Both the position numbers and the translations under genes were made by a program. From contig NIVC01001249.1 of the NCBI GenBank assembly GCA_002269645.1, positions 62,001-126,000 of the forward strand: a stretch of 64,000 nucleotides of DNA, read 5' to 3'. Below are positions 41,701 through 53,600 of the stretch, piece by piece; position 1 is the stretch's first letter; each line of letters starts with the position of its first letter. The notes beneath the pieces were generated by a model. It had not been told where the DNA came from, did no database searches, and worked only from the letters and a program-made list of their open reading frames with translations. The DNA is from Macrostomum lignano (Eukaryota).

Positions 41701-42886
41701 GAGATGTATCTCGTAAACATTGAGAGGGCCGGATAGCTATTGCCTATTGGGATGCTTCAAAAGACCCGAGGGCCGGATAGCTATTGCCTATTGGGATGCT
41801 TCAAAAGACCCGAGGGCCGGATAGCTATTGCCTATTGGGATGCTTCAAAAGACCCGAGGGCCGGATAGCTATTGCCTATTGGGATGCTTCAAAAGACCGA
41901 GGGCCGGATAGCTATTGCCTATTGGGATGCTTCAAAAGACCCGAGGGCCGGATAGCTATTGCCTATTGGGATGCTTCAAAAGACCCGAGGGCCGGATAGC
42001 TATTGCCTATTGGGATGCTTCAAAAGTCCCGAGGGCCGGATAGCTATTGCCTATTGGGATGCTTCAAAAGACCCGAGGGCCGGATAGGGAGGCTCTGCGG
42101 GCCGCATGTAGCCTGCGGACCGGAGTATTTGAAGGTTTGATTTAACCTGAAAACAAACCTACCGGATTAAAACTCTTCACTTTCTTAACACTAAATTGGA
42201 AAAACATTTCGAAGTTCGGCTTTTGTAATCCGCCTGACTGACGGTGCTAAAACATGAAGCGCTTGAGACCAAACTGACGCTAATTAACTTATCAATGAAC
42301 GGACCTTAGGACCAATTCAGTCCGATCAGCAGCAAATTTCGTTTCCGGAGGATTTCACTTTTTTCTTTTGTTATAATGACTGACTCCCACCCGCAGCTCC
42401 GAGGCCGAGCTGTCTCGTCGCCTGCAGCCGGAGCAGCAGTTCTCAACCCAGGTCGTCCCAGTGCAACAGCACTGCCAGCCGAGCTCCCAATCGTCAAAGT
42501 TGATGCCAGGCCCTGAAACTGCTTTGCCTAACTGCCACCAGCGCCGTCGGCAGCCCCAGCCTCAGCATTCTCATCCTCATCTACATCAGCAGCAGCAGCA
42601 GCACCACCACCACCATCAGCCGCTGATCGATCACCGGTTTCCAAGAAGCCCGAACTCCAGCTACCAGTTAAGCCCGGTGTCCAATCTGGAACGGCCTCCT
42701 TCGTCGCAGAGATCAAACGAGATTCTCTACAAGCACCCCAGCATCCGGAGCTCGCCATCGGGATCTGCTCTCATGACCTACTCGATGCCGCCGCCAGCTG
42801 CGCCACCGGCCCCAACGGACAGCGGCGCTCGAGATGATGCAGCTACCGAGAAAGAGGCTTTAGTTGTCAAGGAGTCTGTGCTGTAG
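32747..42886 (+). CDS. Nmdar2: NMDA-type ionotropic glutamate receptor, GluN2/NR2-like subunit (about 1236 aa)
   Basis: Coding exons 32747-33226, 34122-34324, 34925-35080, 35160-35329, 35411-35615, 35789-36344, 36661-36844, 36943-37068, 37348-37729, 38730-38911, 39217-39452, 41058-41398, 42397-42886. All GT-AG with matching phases, 3711 nt total. Signal peptide, ATD, WNGLV..LLEGKADMVLT, M2 WLIWSMLFGAAV, SYTANLAAFMI, TVPSGATE, FIYDATVL, TGYGVGFPKGS, M4, and C-terminal ESVL. The 41398 donor (gtctgc) is weak. Confidence 0.93.
37766..38022 (+). mobile_element. hAT-type MITE copy in an NMDAR intron
   Basis: GGTCCGCAAAC ... GTTTGTGGACCCCTG termini, GA-rich tract and the same ccctgagc..gctattg..aagttt core as 5470-5732. 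Confidence 0.6.
40591..40890 (+). mobile_element. tRNA-derived SINE with CORE-like central domain
   Basis: Head with A box TAGCTCAGTGG and B box GGTTCGATTC, then TGTGTCCTTGAGCAAGACGCTTAA...TGTAAAATGGGTGCC and an (ATT)n tail. A second copy lies at 24334-24580. Confidence 0.8.
41531..42131 (+). mobile_element. hAT-type MITE copy with internally amplified 44-bp unit (about 8 copies, 41726-42087)
   Basis: Left end CAGGAGTCGGCAAAC..CCTTAAGGGCCAGAT as in the 5470 copy. Unit gggccggatagctattgcctattgggatgcttcaaaagacccga. Confidence 0.7.
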
Positions 42887-44007
42887 CCTCATCAGTACAA
42901 GCAGACTTTGCAAATATTTCGTTAGTCTTCCGCTCCATTTTTCGTGTACTTTCAGCTTCCCATTTCGTTCAGTGAGATCGGTAGCATCAGTTTTAAAGTG
43001 TCTTTGATCTTCTGTCTTTGAAAACAGGATCTCATTAAAAACTATTGAAACAGAGAATTAATTTTTTTCCAATTTCAAAATTTGGCATAAGGTGGGAATG
43101 ATTCATGAATGAGTTGAGATCGCCATGGCCCTTACAGGTCATCCGTACAGTCCCACTTGGTCATGGCAATGAATGGACTTCGCAGTTCTAATTGCTTGTA
43201 TTGCTTAAAGCCTCTTAAAAGAAAAGATTTTGTGATATCATGAAGAACTTCCCATTTCTATAGCTGTGGTACCGCATTATTTGTTTGCGCAAGCTCAACA
43301 CATTAAGGATTTTTTGGCCTCGTGTAAACTCTGACTTGAAGTTCCGAGTTCTTTTAGCAGAATTACATCAAATTACCAGCATATTCATTAATTAATTATC
43401 CAGAATTCCAAAAATGATATTTCTAAACAGCCTTTGACAAATGCCAAGGTTTGTGCATTCAGATACAGTATATAGTTACTTCAAATGATAATTTAAAAAG
43501 AAAAGTGGCATGGTACCTTAAAGTTGTTTTTGGAATTATTAATAGTAGCGGATACGAACGTAAGCTTGCTGAACTATAGCTAGAAATAATAATAGCTGCT
43601 AAAATTAGCAGGAACAAATATAACTTGAGCACAGTTTTAACACGAAACAATGCAACGGTTTACAAAAAAATTAAAACTTAACTTTGTATAATGCTTTCAA
43701 GATTATCTTCATTTTTTGAATTAAAATCAAGCAGGCCTGGATAAAAACAGTAATGCGGTAAAACAAAAGTTAACATAACTGATCCTTAACGAGGAAAACG
43801 TTAAAACACGGGATAGGGGGGGGGGTCATCAAGACAATTTGCCGTTTTTCAGAAATGTTCAGTGCTTGCAGTTCAACATTTACTTATTATCATTGCAGGC
43901 CTGGTCTCGAGCCCGTAAACAGGCATTATAGGGGCAAGGTCAATATGCAAGGTATTAAAATTTACTTTGATGGGAGTCTAACTTCAACCGCTGAGCTCCT
44001 TAGCTCT

Positions 44008-44668
44008 TCACCTGCGCTCAGCCGGCAGCCGAAGCTCGAGCCAGCCGTCCTGCTTCAGGTTGGTGGTCATCCGGCTACTGTTGAAGCCCATCGGCAGCGG
44101 CGCTTCGAATTTGACATATCGATGAAGCCGACGCCCGTCCAGCTGCCAATCGAGCCGTTTAGCGCGCACCAGCAGCCTTGCGCCGTCCTGCGTGACGCTG
44201 GCGCTGATGTCTTCGACGCCGAAGTCGCGCACGCTGACACGAATCTGCGGTGCAGTTGGAATGCAAATGGCAGTGCAGGTTTTACGACCCTCGCGATCTG
44301 ACACCGATGAGACCCAAATTACATGCTTTCATACTCTACCCAAAAGAATGGTCGAGACAATTCAACAGATAAACGTATCATCATCTTAGCCCCTCACCAG
44401 TAGAAAACGAGGTTGACCCGTCTCAGGATCCCGGATGGTCTCCATGGTGGACAGCGATGTCTGAGTTGAATGTCGATCCTCTGGGGCTCGCAATGGAGCC
44501 CGCACAATGAGCCAGCCATCTCTGGAGAATCGAGACTTCACATTTTGATTATCGGCCTCCCTGGGCAGGCACAGTGTGCGGCGAACTTCGGTGAGATCTT
44601 CGCCCAGCTGGCGCTTGGCGTGAATGCGGATTAGCCGGCCGTCGATGCAAATCTGAATGTCCTCAGGC
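44008..44668 (-). CDS. Small heat-shock protein (HSP20 family) with two alpha-crystallin domains, 5'-partial
   Basis: Exon 44668-44398 (PEDIQICIDGRLIRIHAK...VKSRFSRDGWLIVRAP) spliced in phase 0 to exon 44244-44008 (IRVSVRDFGVEDISASV...MTTNLKQDGWLELRLP). The upstream phase-2 exon was not found. Confidence 0.8.
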
Positions 44669-44926
44669 CTGTCAAGTGGCGGGGGCGGATTCCAACTCTT
44701 CTTTTTTAATACGGCTTGCTTGGTCTTGAATGACTTAAATCCAATAAGTGTCAAACATGTTTTGTACTTTGAAACATTTTGATCCCTTAGTCTATTTTTA
44801 GTAAATTTTCGGAACTTGCATGTGCACATTAATCAAGCAAAATAGTTTTATGGCCTTTGATACAATCCAATACATGTAAATATCCCAATTTAACAGTAGA
44901 TTGTAGAACTACAAAGGGGGGATTCA

Positions 44927-45612
44927 CCCTGACAATTTTTTTGCTGCGCCGGAACGAAGCAACGCAGGCGCACGAAATTCAAGAACACTTTTTGTTGCGC
45001 TGCACCAATTCTTAAACAAAAACCAAGTTGCCAGCCCTCCGGACCGTCAAATTATTCAACCATTATGCCAACCTCTACTGCTGGACATCCTCAGCTATAG
45101 TCCATAGTCCCCTGGTGTCATTTATGTTGAAGGTGTTGACGGCGTCGGGTGATGATGGAATTCTTGAAAGACTAGCTGAGGATGCCCGGCAGTTGAGGTT
45201 TGCCCAATGTCGAGGCTTGATCACTGAAACTAGAGAAATTTGCAACAGTAGGGTGCCCTTAGTCATCTGGTGCCACCTGTTGAAGGTCCAGAAGCTCCAC
45301 CTGGGTGAAAGCCAGTGACCAAAGAAGTCAAAGCTGAAGCAGACACATGTGGTCGACGTGCTGATGAAATTTGGGGGCTTGGCAAGGCTGATTGGCGCAC
45401 AGGGGTGCATTGAAGCTATAGAATACTATTGAAGCTATAAGAGCGCTTATAGGAAGAATCTGACCTTCTGAGTGACAGAATTGCTGAATACCTCGACGGT
45501 CCGAAGGGCTGGTGACTTAATTATTGTTTGAGAAGGTGTGCAACAAAAATTTGGTCTGTATTCTTGAATTTCATGTACCTGCGTTTCTCCGTACCGGCGC
45601 AGCAAAATTTTT
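44927..45612. mobile_element. Non-autonomous DNA transposon with long (about 130 bp) imperfect TIRs
   Basis: tttgctgcgccggaacg..gaaattcaagaa..ccagccctccggaccgtc is mirrored by gacggtccgaagggctgg..ttcttgaatttc..cgtaccggcgcagcaaaa. A partial relative lies at about 2748-3095. Confidence 0.65.
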
Positions 45613-47602
45613 TCATAATCTTCGTTTCGTGTTTCGACGGGCGCAAAAATGGCTTTCTTTCCTACTGTTAAGCGGTTAGACTGGACCAGCTAAAAAGAGT
45701 TTTTACTCTAGAATAACTAGCATGGTTTAGGCACTAAAATTATAAGAAACTGTCCCGCCTACGCCTCTGGTCTGGCTCAATTCGATGCTTAATTAGCTGA
45801 TCTAAGAAGTATCGTTCTGCAAGATAAGATACGAGAGTAAGATAAGATAATATAAATAAGATAAGATAAGATAAGATAAGATAAGATAAGATAAATTTTC
45901 GTTTTTCAGCCTTGTGCGCATGCGCTCGCAGAACAGATAAATAAAAAGATATGATAAAAAATAAGATGGAGATGGAGATTTGATAAGATCTATTGTTGAC
46001 TGCACATTAAATATAAATAACTTAAAGTTATTTAAGTAAAAAAGCAAAAAAATTACCGAAAGTCCTGCAGCCGAACTGACTCGCAAAAGTACGAATTAAA
46101 GTCTTCGTCCATACTAATTAATTGCCCCGCTTAAAAAAATCCGAGCAAAACAAACTTTAAATAATAAAAAAATAAGAACGCGGAGAAGCTGTCTAAAACC
46201 TATCGATCGATCGACGATAAGTCCAATCGTCCTTATAAGTCTTGGGGGACTCCGTCTTGCTTTAACGAAGACTTGCCAGATTAGTTGTAAAACTTCGCCC
46301 GGTCATGGCTTTGTCTAGGGCTTGGTTGGGTAAGAAAGGAAACGCTTAGAGAGGTTCGGATCTAAGGCCTAAGGCCTCGGATCTAAGTGCTCTCATTGGC
46401 TGAGGGGAGAATGGCCAGTTTCTCTGCCCTGCGTTGGCGTGAGTGTACATTTAACAACCCCCACCCCTCCCTCCGCTTTCCTTGATCGCTTTTGTTTTTT
46501 TCCAGTTAGACTGTGAGAGAAGCAAAGGCAAAGTACGCAAAGAGAAGCAAAGTACGTGTAAAGGCAGAGCCAAAATGACGTTTTCTTCTGTCACTTCAGT
46601 CAGTCTGCAGTCACGTGTCTGCTGTTGTTTACGTCTCTCGTACAAATTAGTCAATTACGACACCAATTAATTGATAAGCTAGTAGGCTTTTTATTATTGG
46701 ATTTTTGACAGACTAACACTCGAGTGTTGGATGTTTTTTGTACTCGCAAGTACACTGCCTGCCTCTGCAAATATATAAAAAGGGACTTAAGCTAACTATG
46801 TTAATTTCTAAGGCGGGTAAAAATTACATTAAGTGCGATAGTGGTCCCAGTCTCCGGATCCCGGATTTTGGAACTTCTATATGCTATACTAAAAGTGTGT
46901 GCACATCGTTTTTAGAGTATTCTACAACGCTAACGATTACTAATGACTGAAGAAGTTCTAAGAAGTTCTTTGAGCCGAGCGCCAGGAGAAAAAATCAACC
47001 ATAGTATTTTTAAATTTCGGTATTCTTTGCGTTTTTCATTTTCGCGAACGGCCCAAGCATTGTAAGCGAAACAAAAGTGATGATAGGTTTGCTCGATTCT
47101 TGCATACCATGCAGTTGCAGTTCGGCTGTGTATAGCCAAATGCCAATTTATCCCATTGCTCTACTTTTCCATGCGCTGCGTTCTGTTTATACAGTTCCGT
47201 CAATGCCTACATGCCTACATCCTATATGCTGAAACTTGAAACCATTCCCTGCTGTCAAATGGCTGGTGACGAATGGAAATATGGAAATTTCTGTTTCCAT
47301 AGAAAAATTAACAATCTGAAAATTATTGTCTGAAAACTTGGTTGAAAATATGAATTTAATCCCGAATTGTTAACTTTATTTTAATGGACGGAGAGAGAGA
47401 GGAAATTTAATGGAATCGCTATCTAACAAAAAATATCATCACAATTAAAAAACGGTCTTATATAATAAAATAAATAACAATAAAACATGGATTAATAATC
47501 ACAAAAAATTCGATAGCTAAAATCGTTCAAAAAATAGACACCACACGAGCAACAAAAAGCACAGTCGCAAAGGCCGCAGTCAGCTAGATCCGGCTCGATC
47601 TT

Positions 47603-50600
47603 CTAGGCGATGCCGCTCAACTGGCTGAACAGCCTGCAGGCGGCAGCGTAGAGCAGGCGGTACTGCTCCAGGCTCACCCGGGCCCCGGTCTGTCTGGCGA
47701 TGCCCTGCACCAGCTCGGGCAGGGAGACCGCCGGCCTCTGCTGCTGTAAAATGGTTAATTAATAAATGCATGTATGACAGTCCTACTGGTAAACTCTTTT
47801 TCGATACATATCGGCATGCTTAAGATATGGCTGGTGAATCGCAGGACAATCCACCGGGAAATTTTTGTGCAAGAGCCGTAAGGTCTGGACGTTTTACCAC
47901 TGAGTTTCTCTGAGCAATAGCCAATGTCACCAAGTTAATGGAGCATAAAATGCTACTTGAGACTGATCCTGCCACGTGTGGATTCAGGCTTTTCTCAGGA
48001 GAGGAACAGCTGATTTGGATTTCGGCCTCTCAAAAGGGTCTTATTGACCTAATTTCATTTGTTTCGTTTCAAAATCTTTTCAAACTTTCAACAAATATAA
48101 ACACTTGCTTCCTATGTATAAAAATACTTTCCGGAGTTAAAAAAGTCAGCCCAAGGACAACTAAAGCAACGTATATACAAGACGCGACACTCAGGTTTCA
48201 CGGAAAAAGTTTTGAAGGCCACTTTTCGCCGAAAAATACACTACGGAGATAGGAATTTTTCATTTTTCAGCAAAATAAATCGTTATTGCTTTCGATAGGA
48301 GGCAGACCCAATGTTCATCTTTTGAAATGTTGTGCCTTTCTTATTGCTCTATTGATATTCATAAAGCTTTTTGTTCAGAAAATTAGGATTCTATGTTAAT
48401 TTTTTATTCTACGTACATTTCCTGTAACTAAAAATCATAAAAATGCATGGCACAGCTCGAATCTTTGGTTTTATGAATCTGTTTTATCATTTCTGTTGCA
48501 CATACTGTTACAGTCAGCAAATAATGGCTTTATAGTAGTCCTTGTGTCAGCCTAGTTCTAGTCGAATACACAACAACTATGCATAAATGCACACTGCTAG
48601 TTTAGAAGGTGAGAAATTGACACAGCTAAGTGCTAAAACTGGTAAATTCCTATGCAGCCAGCGCATTTTCGAAGTGAAATTGGGCCTTTCAAAAAGCTCA
48701 CCAATTTTGAAGAGTCACACCCTCTTACGAAACCATTAGTCATCGCAATTATCCTAATAGTTATTTTTCAATCGATTGCATAACACTCCAACTAAAACTC
48801 TTGAAATAAGCATGAGGAATACCAGCTTCCAAAAAGGTTTTACACAGTGCATGCCTAAAAACACATTCGACCAAAATCCTGGCCTGTCAAGTCAGATCGA
48901 ATTAACCTCCCAACCAGAGTATAGGAAAACAAGAATTCTGTCGCCTGTGGCCTGATTAGCAATCTGCATGAATAAAATCTAGCCGTGGCTCCGGGGATTG
49001 AAGCGTATGAGGGCTGCATGGCCCCATAAATTTGGCAGCACAGCCGCTGGGGGGGGGGCAGGGGGCGTCACAACCCGAAACGAAGTGATGCGAGCTGGCA
49101 AGCAAGACCCATTCGAGAAAGTATCGAACAGCAGCACACACAGCTCGTGGAATCCAAGGGCTGGAAGGATCCCGAAACTCGTTGCTTCTCGTGTTAGTGG
49201 AAATCGATTAATATCCTAGAAGCTGCTCAGTGTCCACTTGGCAGGTCAGGAATAAACCTTTTCAGAAAAAAAGTAAAAAAAGGTCGCATACTATTCTAGG
49301 TTTTGAAAATGTTATGTCATTTGGCATAATTGGGGTCTCAAATTCGAAATTCCAGAATTTCGAATCATAATGTCATGATGTAATCAAAATCATAATGTAA
49401 TGAAATCAAATCAAATGTATTGTAAAATCATTGGCAAATCTAGAACTTTAAAAAGGGGGGAAGGAGGGTAACCCAGTTTGGAAGATAACAGAGCAAAAGT
49501 CCTAGCTACACTACTCTGTTAAGGCATACATTTCGATTTCTATTTATAAATAAAAATTCTTCCTGGGTCAGGAAGATGGTTGGCAAGACCAGTGGGCGTG
49601 AGGTGGCTGCAGAACGGAGGGTCCGGATTGGATAGGACAGGGTGTGAGGTAGCTGCAGAACGGAGGGTCTGGATTGGATAGGACAGGGTGTGAGGTAGCT
49701 GCAGAACGGAGGGTCCGGATTGGATAGGACAGGGTGTGAGGTCGCTGCAGAACGGAGGGTCCGGATTGGATAGGACAGGGTGTGAGGTCACTGCAGAACG
49801 GAGGGTCCGGATTGGATAGGACAGGGTGTGAGGTCGCTGCAGAACGGAGGGTCTGGATTGGATAGGACAGGGTGTGAGGTCGCTGCAGAACGGAGGGTCT
49901 GGATTGGATAGGACAGGGTGTGAGGTCGCTGCAGAACGGAGGGTCCGGATTGGATAGGACAGGGTGTGAGGTCGCTGCAGAACGGAGGGTCTGGATTGGA
50001 TAGGACAGGGTGTGAGGTCGCTGCAGAACGGAGGGTCCGGATTGGATAGGACAGGGTGTGAGGTCGCTGCAGAACGGAGGGTCCGGATTGGATAGGACAG
50101 GGTGTGAGGTCGCTGCAGAACGGAGGGTCCGGATTGGATAGGACAGGGTGTGAGGTCACTGCAGAACGGAGGGTCTGGATTGGATAGGACAGGGTGTGAG
50201 GTCACTGCAGAACGGAGGGTCTGGATTGGATAGGACAGGGTGTGAGGTCACTGCAGAACGGAGGGTCTGGATTGGATAGGACAGGGTGTGAGGTCGCTGC
50301 AGAACGGAGGGTCTGGATTGGATAGGACAGGGTGTGAGGTCACTGCAGAACGGAGGGTCTGGATTGGATAGGACAGGGTGTGAGGTCGCTGCAGAACGGA
50401 GGGTCTGGATTGGATAGGACAGGGTGTGAGGAGTGCACAGGAAGGGAGGTGACTGTAGAATTGGGTTTTATTGGACAAGACAGGGAGTAAGGTAAGTTCT
50501 GGGGAATGAGGTGGCTGTAGAACAGTGGGTTTTGCTTTGATAAGACAATGGGGAAGTGGGCTGGGTCAGGTCGATGCACTTACCATCGCTGCCTCGCCGT

Positions 50601-53600
50601 CCACATCGCCGTCGCTCACGCCATCAACGAGCAGCAGCGCGCCGGCCTCCAGCGAAGCCATTAGGTGGGTCAGGGCCAGGCACACGGCTGCCATACCATC
50701 AAATTTTCGACCACCTGGCTGACCGACCGCCACGGTGGACACCAGTAACGGCGGCGAGTGCTGCGTCGTTGGCGTCCGGCTAACACCGCCACCGGGCAGG
50801 GCGCCGGCCAGCTGCCAGGCGCAGGCGGCGGCGGCGGCTAAATCGGCGGCGGCTGCGCGCAACCGGACGCCGTCGACGGACGGCAGCGGAGTAGAGAAGT
50901 CGACGGCGAGGGGTTGGACAACAAATAGGCGGGCGGGGATTCGGCCGCCGGGCCGGCGAATGCGAAGGCAGTGGAGCGCGAAGTCGCGGTAGTTGCGGCA
51001 CTCGAGGAGTTGGACGACCAGCTCGTCTGGCGGCGGGATTTGAGGTTAGTGGGAGGATTTGGAGTGACAGCTTCTAGGATACTTAGTGACAGATGCTAAG
51101 ATACGGAGTGACAGATTCTAGGATACTGAGTGACAGATTCTAGGATACTTGGTGACAGATGCTAAGATACGGAGTGACAGATTCTAGGATACGGAGTGAC
51201 AGCTTCCAGGATACGGAGTGACAGCTTCCAGGATACTGAGTGACAGTTTCTAGGATAGTGAGTGACCGATGCTAAGATACGGAGTGACAGGTTCTAAGAT
51301 ACGGAGTGACAGATTGTAGGATATGGAGTGACAGATTGTCAGATGTGTAGTGATAGGTTCTTGGAGGGCAGAGATAAGTTTACAATAGCTCGTATCAAGG
51401 CTAAGTCAACACCGAGCATTTTAAGCAGACACCAAGAAAGGTACAACTCGCACCTTTGCCCTCACCGTAGCCGACTTCGTCTCCGGGTCGCTGCGGCCAC
51501 AAATTCACTGCATCGCTGGCTGACGCGAGCAGCCAGAGGACCCCGCAGCCCGAGTCAGCTACCCGGCGCCAAAACTCGCGCCGTCGCTCAGCAGAGGCCG
51601 CCGGGGGCGCCAGCATCGCCGGGTAGCCCCGCTGGAGTCGCCGCTGCTGGCCGCTCAGTGTCACAGTTATCGGCCCGATGTCGTCTGCACCCGGACCAGC
51701 GTCGGCACCTTCAATGGCAGCGAAGTCGGCTTCAACCTGGGCGAACTCGGCGCCAAGTCTCGGCGCGCTCCCTGCCAGCGCTTCGAGCCGCGCCAAAGTC
51801 CGTCTGGATGCCGCCGAGGCCGACCCACCGAGCGCGTAGACGGAGCCGGCGCCCACGCGTGGCCGGTGCAGTCCCGCAGCGTCCACGTCGTTCTGGTGCA
51901 GCTCCGACAGCGGCGCTGCGCTCAGCAGCAGGTGCCCTGCAGTCAGTGGTTGCGGCTGCTTGTCGCCTCCAGCGACGGGCGTTGACCTGTCCGACGCCGA
52001 CGCCATCGAGGCACGCCGGTCCGCGGCTGCGGCCATCGCGATGGACGCCGCCGCAGTCGGAAGAGGAGCGTCTCCATCGTCGACAATGACGCCGGCCTCC
52101 GCCAGTTCCTCGGGCGCGAAGATGCCGCTGGACTCCATGATCGAAGTGTCGGCGTCGTCCTGGGCGAGGATTTGGCATTGGATTGGAGATCGCGGGATGT
52201 GTATTGGGAACCTTTGGGATGTGGATTGGGAACCTTTGGGATGTGTATTGGGCACCTTTGGGATGTGTATTGGGCACCTTTGGGATGTGTATTGGGCACC
52301 TTTGGGATGTGGATTGGGCACCTTTGGGATGTGGATTGGGCACCTTTGGGATGTGTATTGGGCACCTTTGGGATGTGTATTGGGCACCTTTGGGATGTGT
52401 ATTGGGCACCTTTGGGATGTGTATTGGGCACCTTTGGGATGTGTATTGGGCACCTTTGGGATGTGTATTGGGCACCTTTGGGATGTGGATTAGGGATAGT
52501 GGGATGTAAATTAGGGATCATGGGATCTGGATTGGGGATCATGGGATTTGGATTGGGGATCATGGGATTCGGATTGGAATTAGTGGGATCTGGGGTTCAG
52601 AAAAATGTCTCTGGGATTCGGGATGTCGTTTTGAATCAGATTTGAAACTTACCAAGGCAGAGCTGGGTGGAGTATCAAGACATGAGTTTGCGAAGCATAT
52701 TTTACTATGGGATTATTCGTTGGGGATTCGGAATTAGGAATCAGATCGCTCACCCGGGACGTGAGGGACTCGATCTCCGTCTCCTCGGAAATCCGGTTGT
52801 CGCCGCCCGACCCCGGCAGACCCAGCGAACCGCGGGTCAGGGTCAGGTCAATCTCGTCAAAGTGGTCGCACTGGCGTAGCATTTCATTGACCTGCGATGG
52901 GGCGAAGTGGAGCAATTAGAGCAATCAGCTGCCCCACAATCCGCCCCACCATCCGCCTACCGTCCGCCCCACCATCCGCCTACCGACCCCCCACCATCCG
53001 CCCCACCATCCGCCCCACCATCCGCCCCACCATCCGCCCAACATCCGCCCACCGTCCGCCTACCGACCGCCCCACCATCCCTCCCAAAATCCGCCTACCG
53101 TCCGCCCCACCTACCCACCGCCCCACGATCCACCTAACGTCCGCCCCACCATCCGCCCAACATCCGCCCACCGTCCGCCTACCGACCGCCCCACCATCCC
53201 TCCCAAAATCCGCCTACCGTCCGCCCCACCTACCCACCGCCCCACGATCCACCTAACGTCCGCCCCACCATCCGCCCAACATCCGCCCACCGTCCGCTTA
53301 CCGACCGCCCCACCATCCCTCCCAAAATCCGCCTACCGTCCGCCCCAGCATCCGCCCACCGTCCGTCTCCCCATCCGCCCACCGTCCGCCCCACCATCCG
53401 CCCACCGTCCGTCTCCCCATCCGCCCACCGTCCGCCCCACCATCCGCCCACCGTCCGCCCCACCATCCGCCCACCGTCCGTCTCCCCATCCGCCCACCGT
53501 CCGCCCCACCATCCGCCCACCGTCCGCCCCACCATCCGCCTACCGTCCGCCCACCGTCCGCCCACACACCTGTTCCATGCTCGCCCCAGCGCTCAGATCG

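Noticed and set aside
44245-44304. Acceptor at tgtcag (about 44298) for the second HSP20 exon
   Set aside because: It is out of frame with the phase-0 donor at 44398. The acceptor at 44245 restores the alpha-crystallin start.
46945-46975. gaagttctaagaagttct as a heat-shock element for the sHSP
   Set aside because: The spacing does not fit nGAAnnTTCn and the promoter position is unknown.
52649-52753. Later donor (TG|gtaagt at about 52652) for the PDZ4-end exon
   Set aside because: Phase 2 does not match the phase-0 acceptor at 52159, whereas the 52754 donor does.
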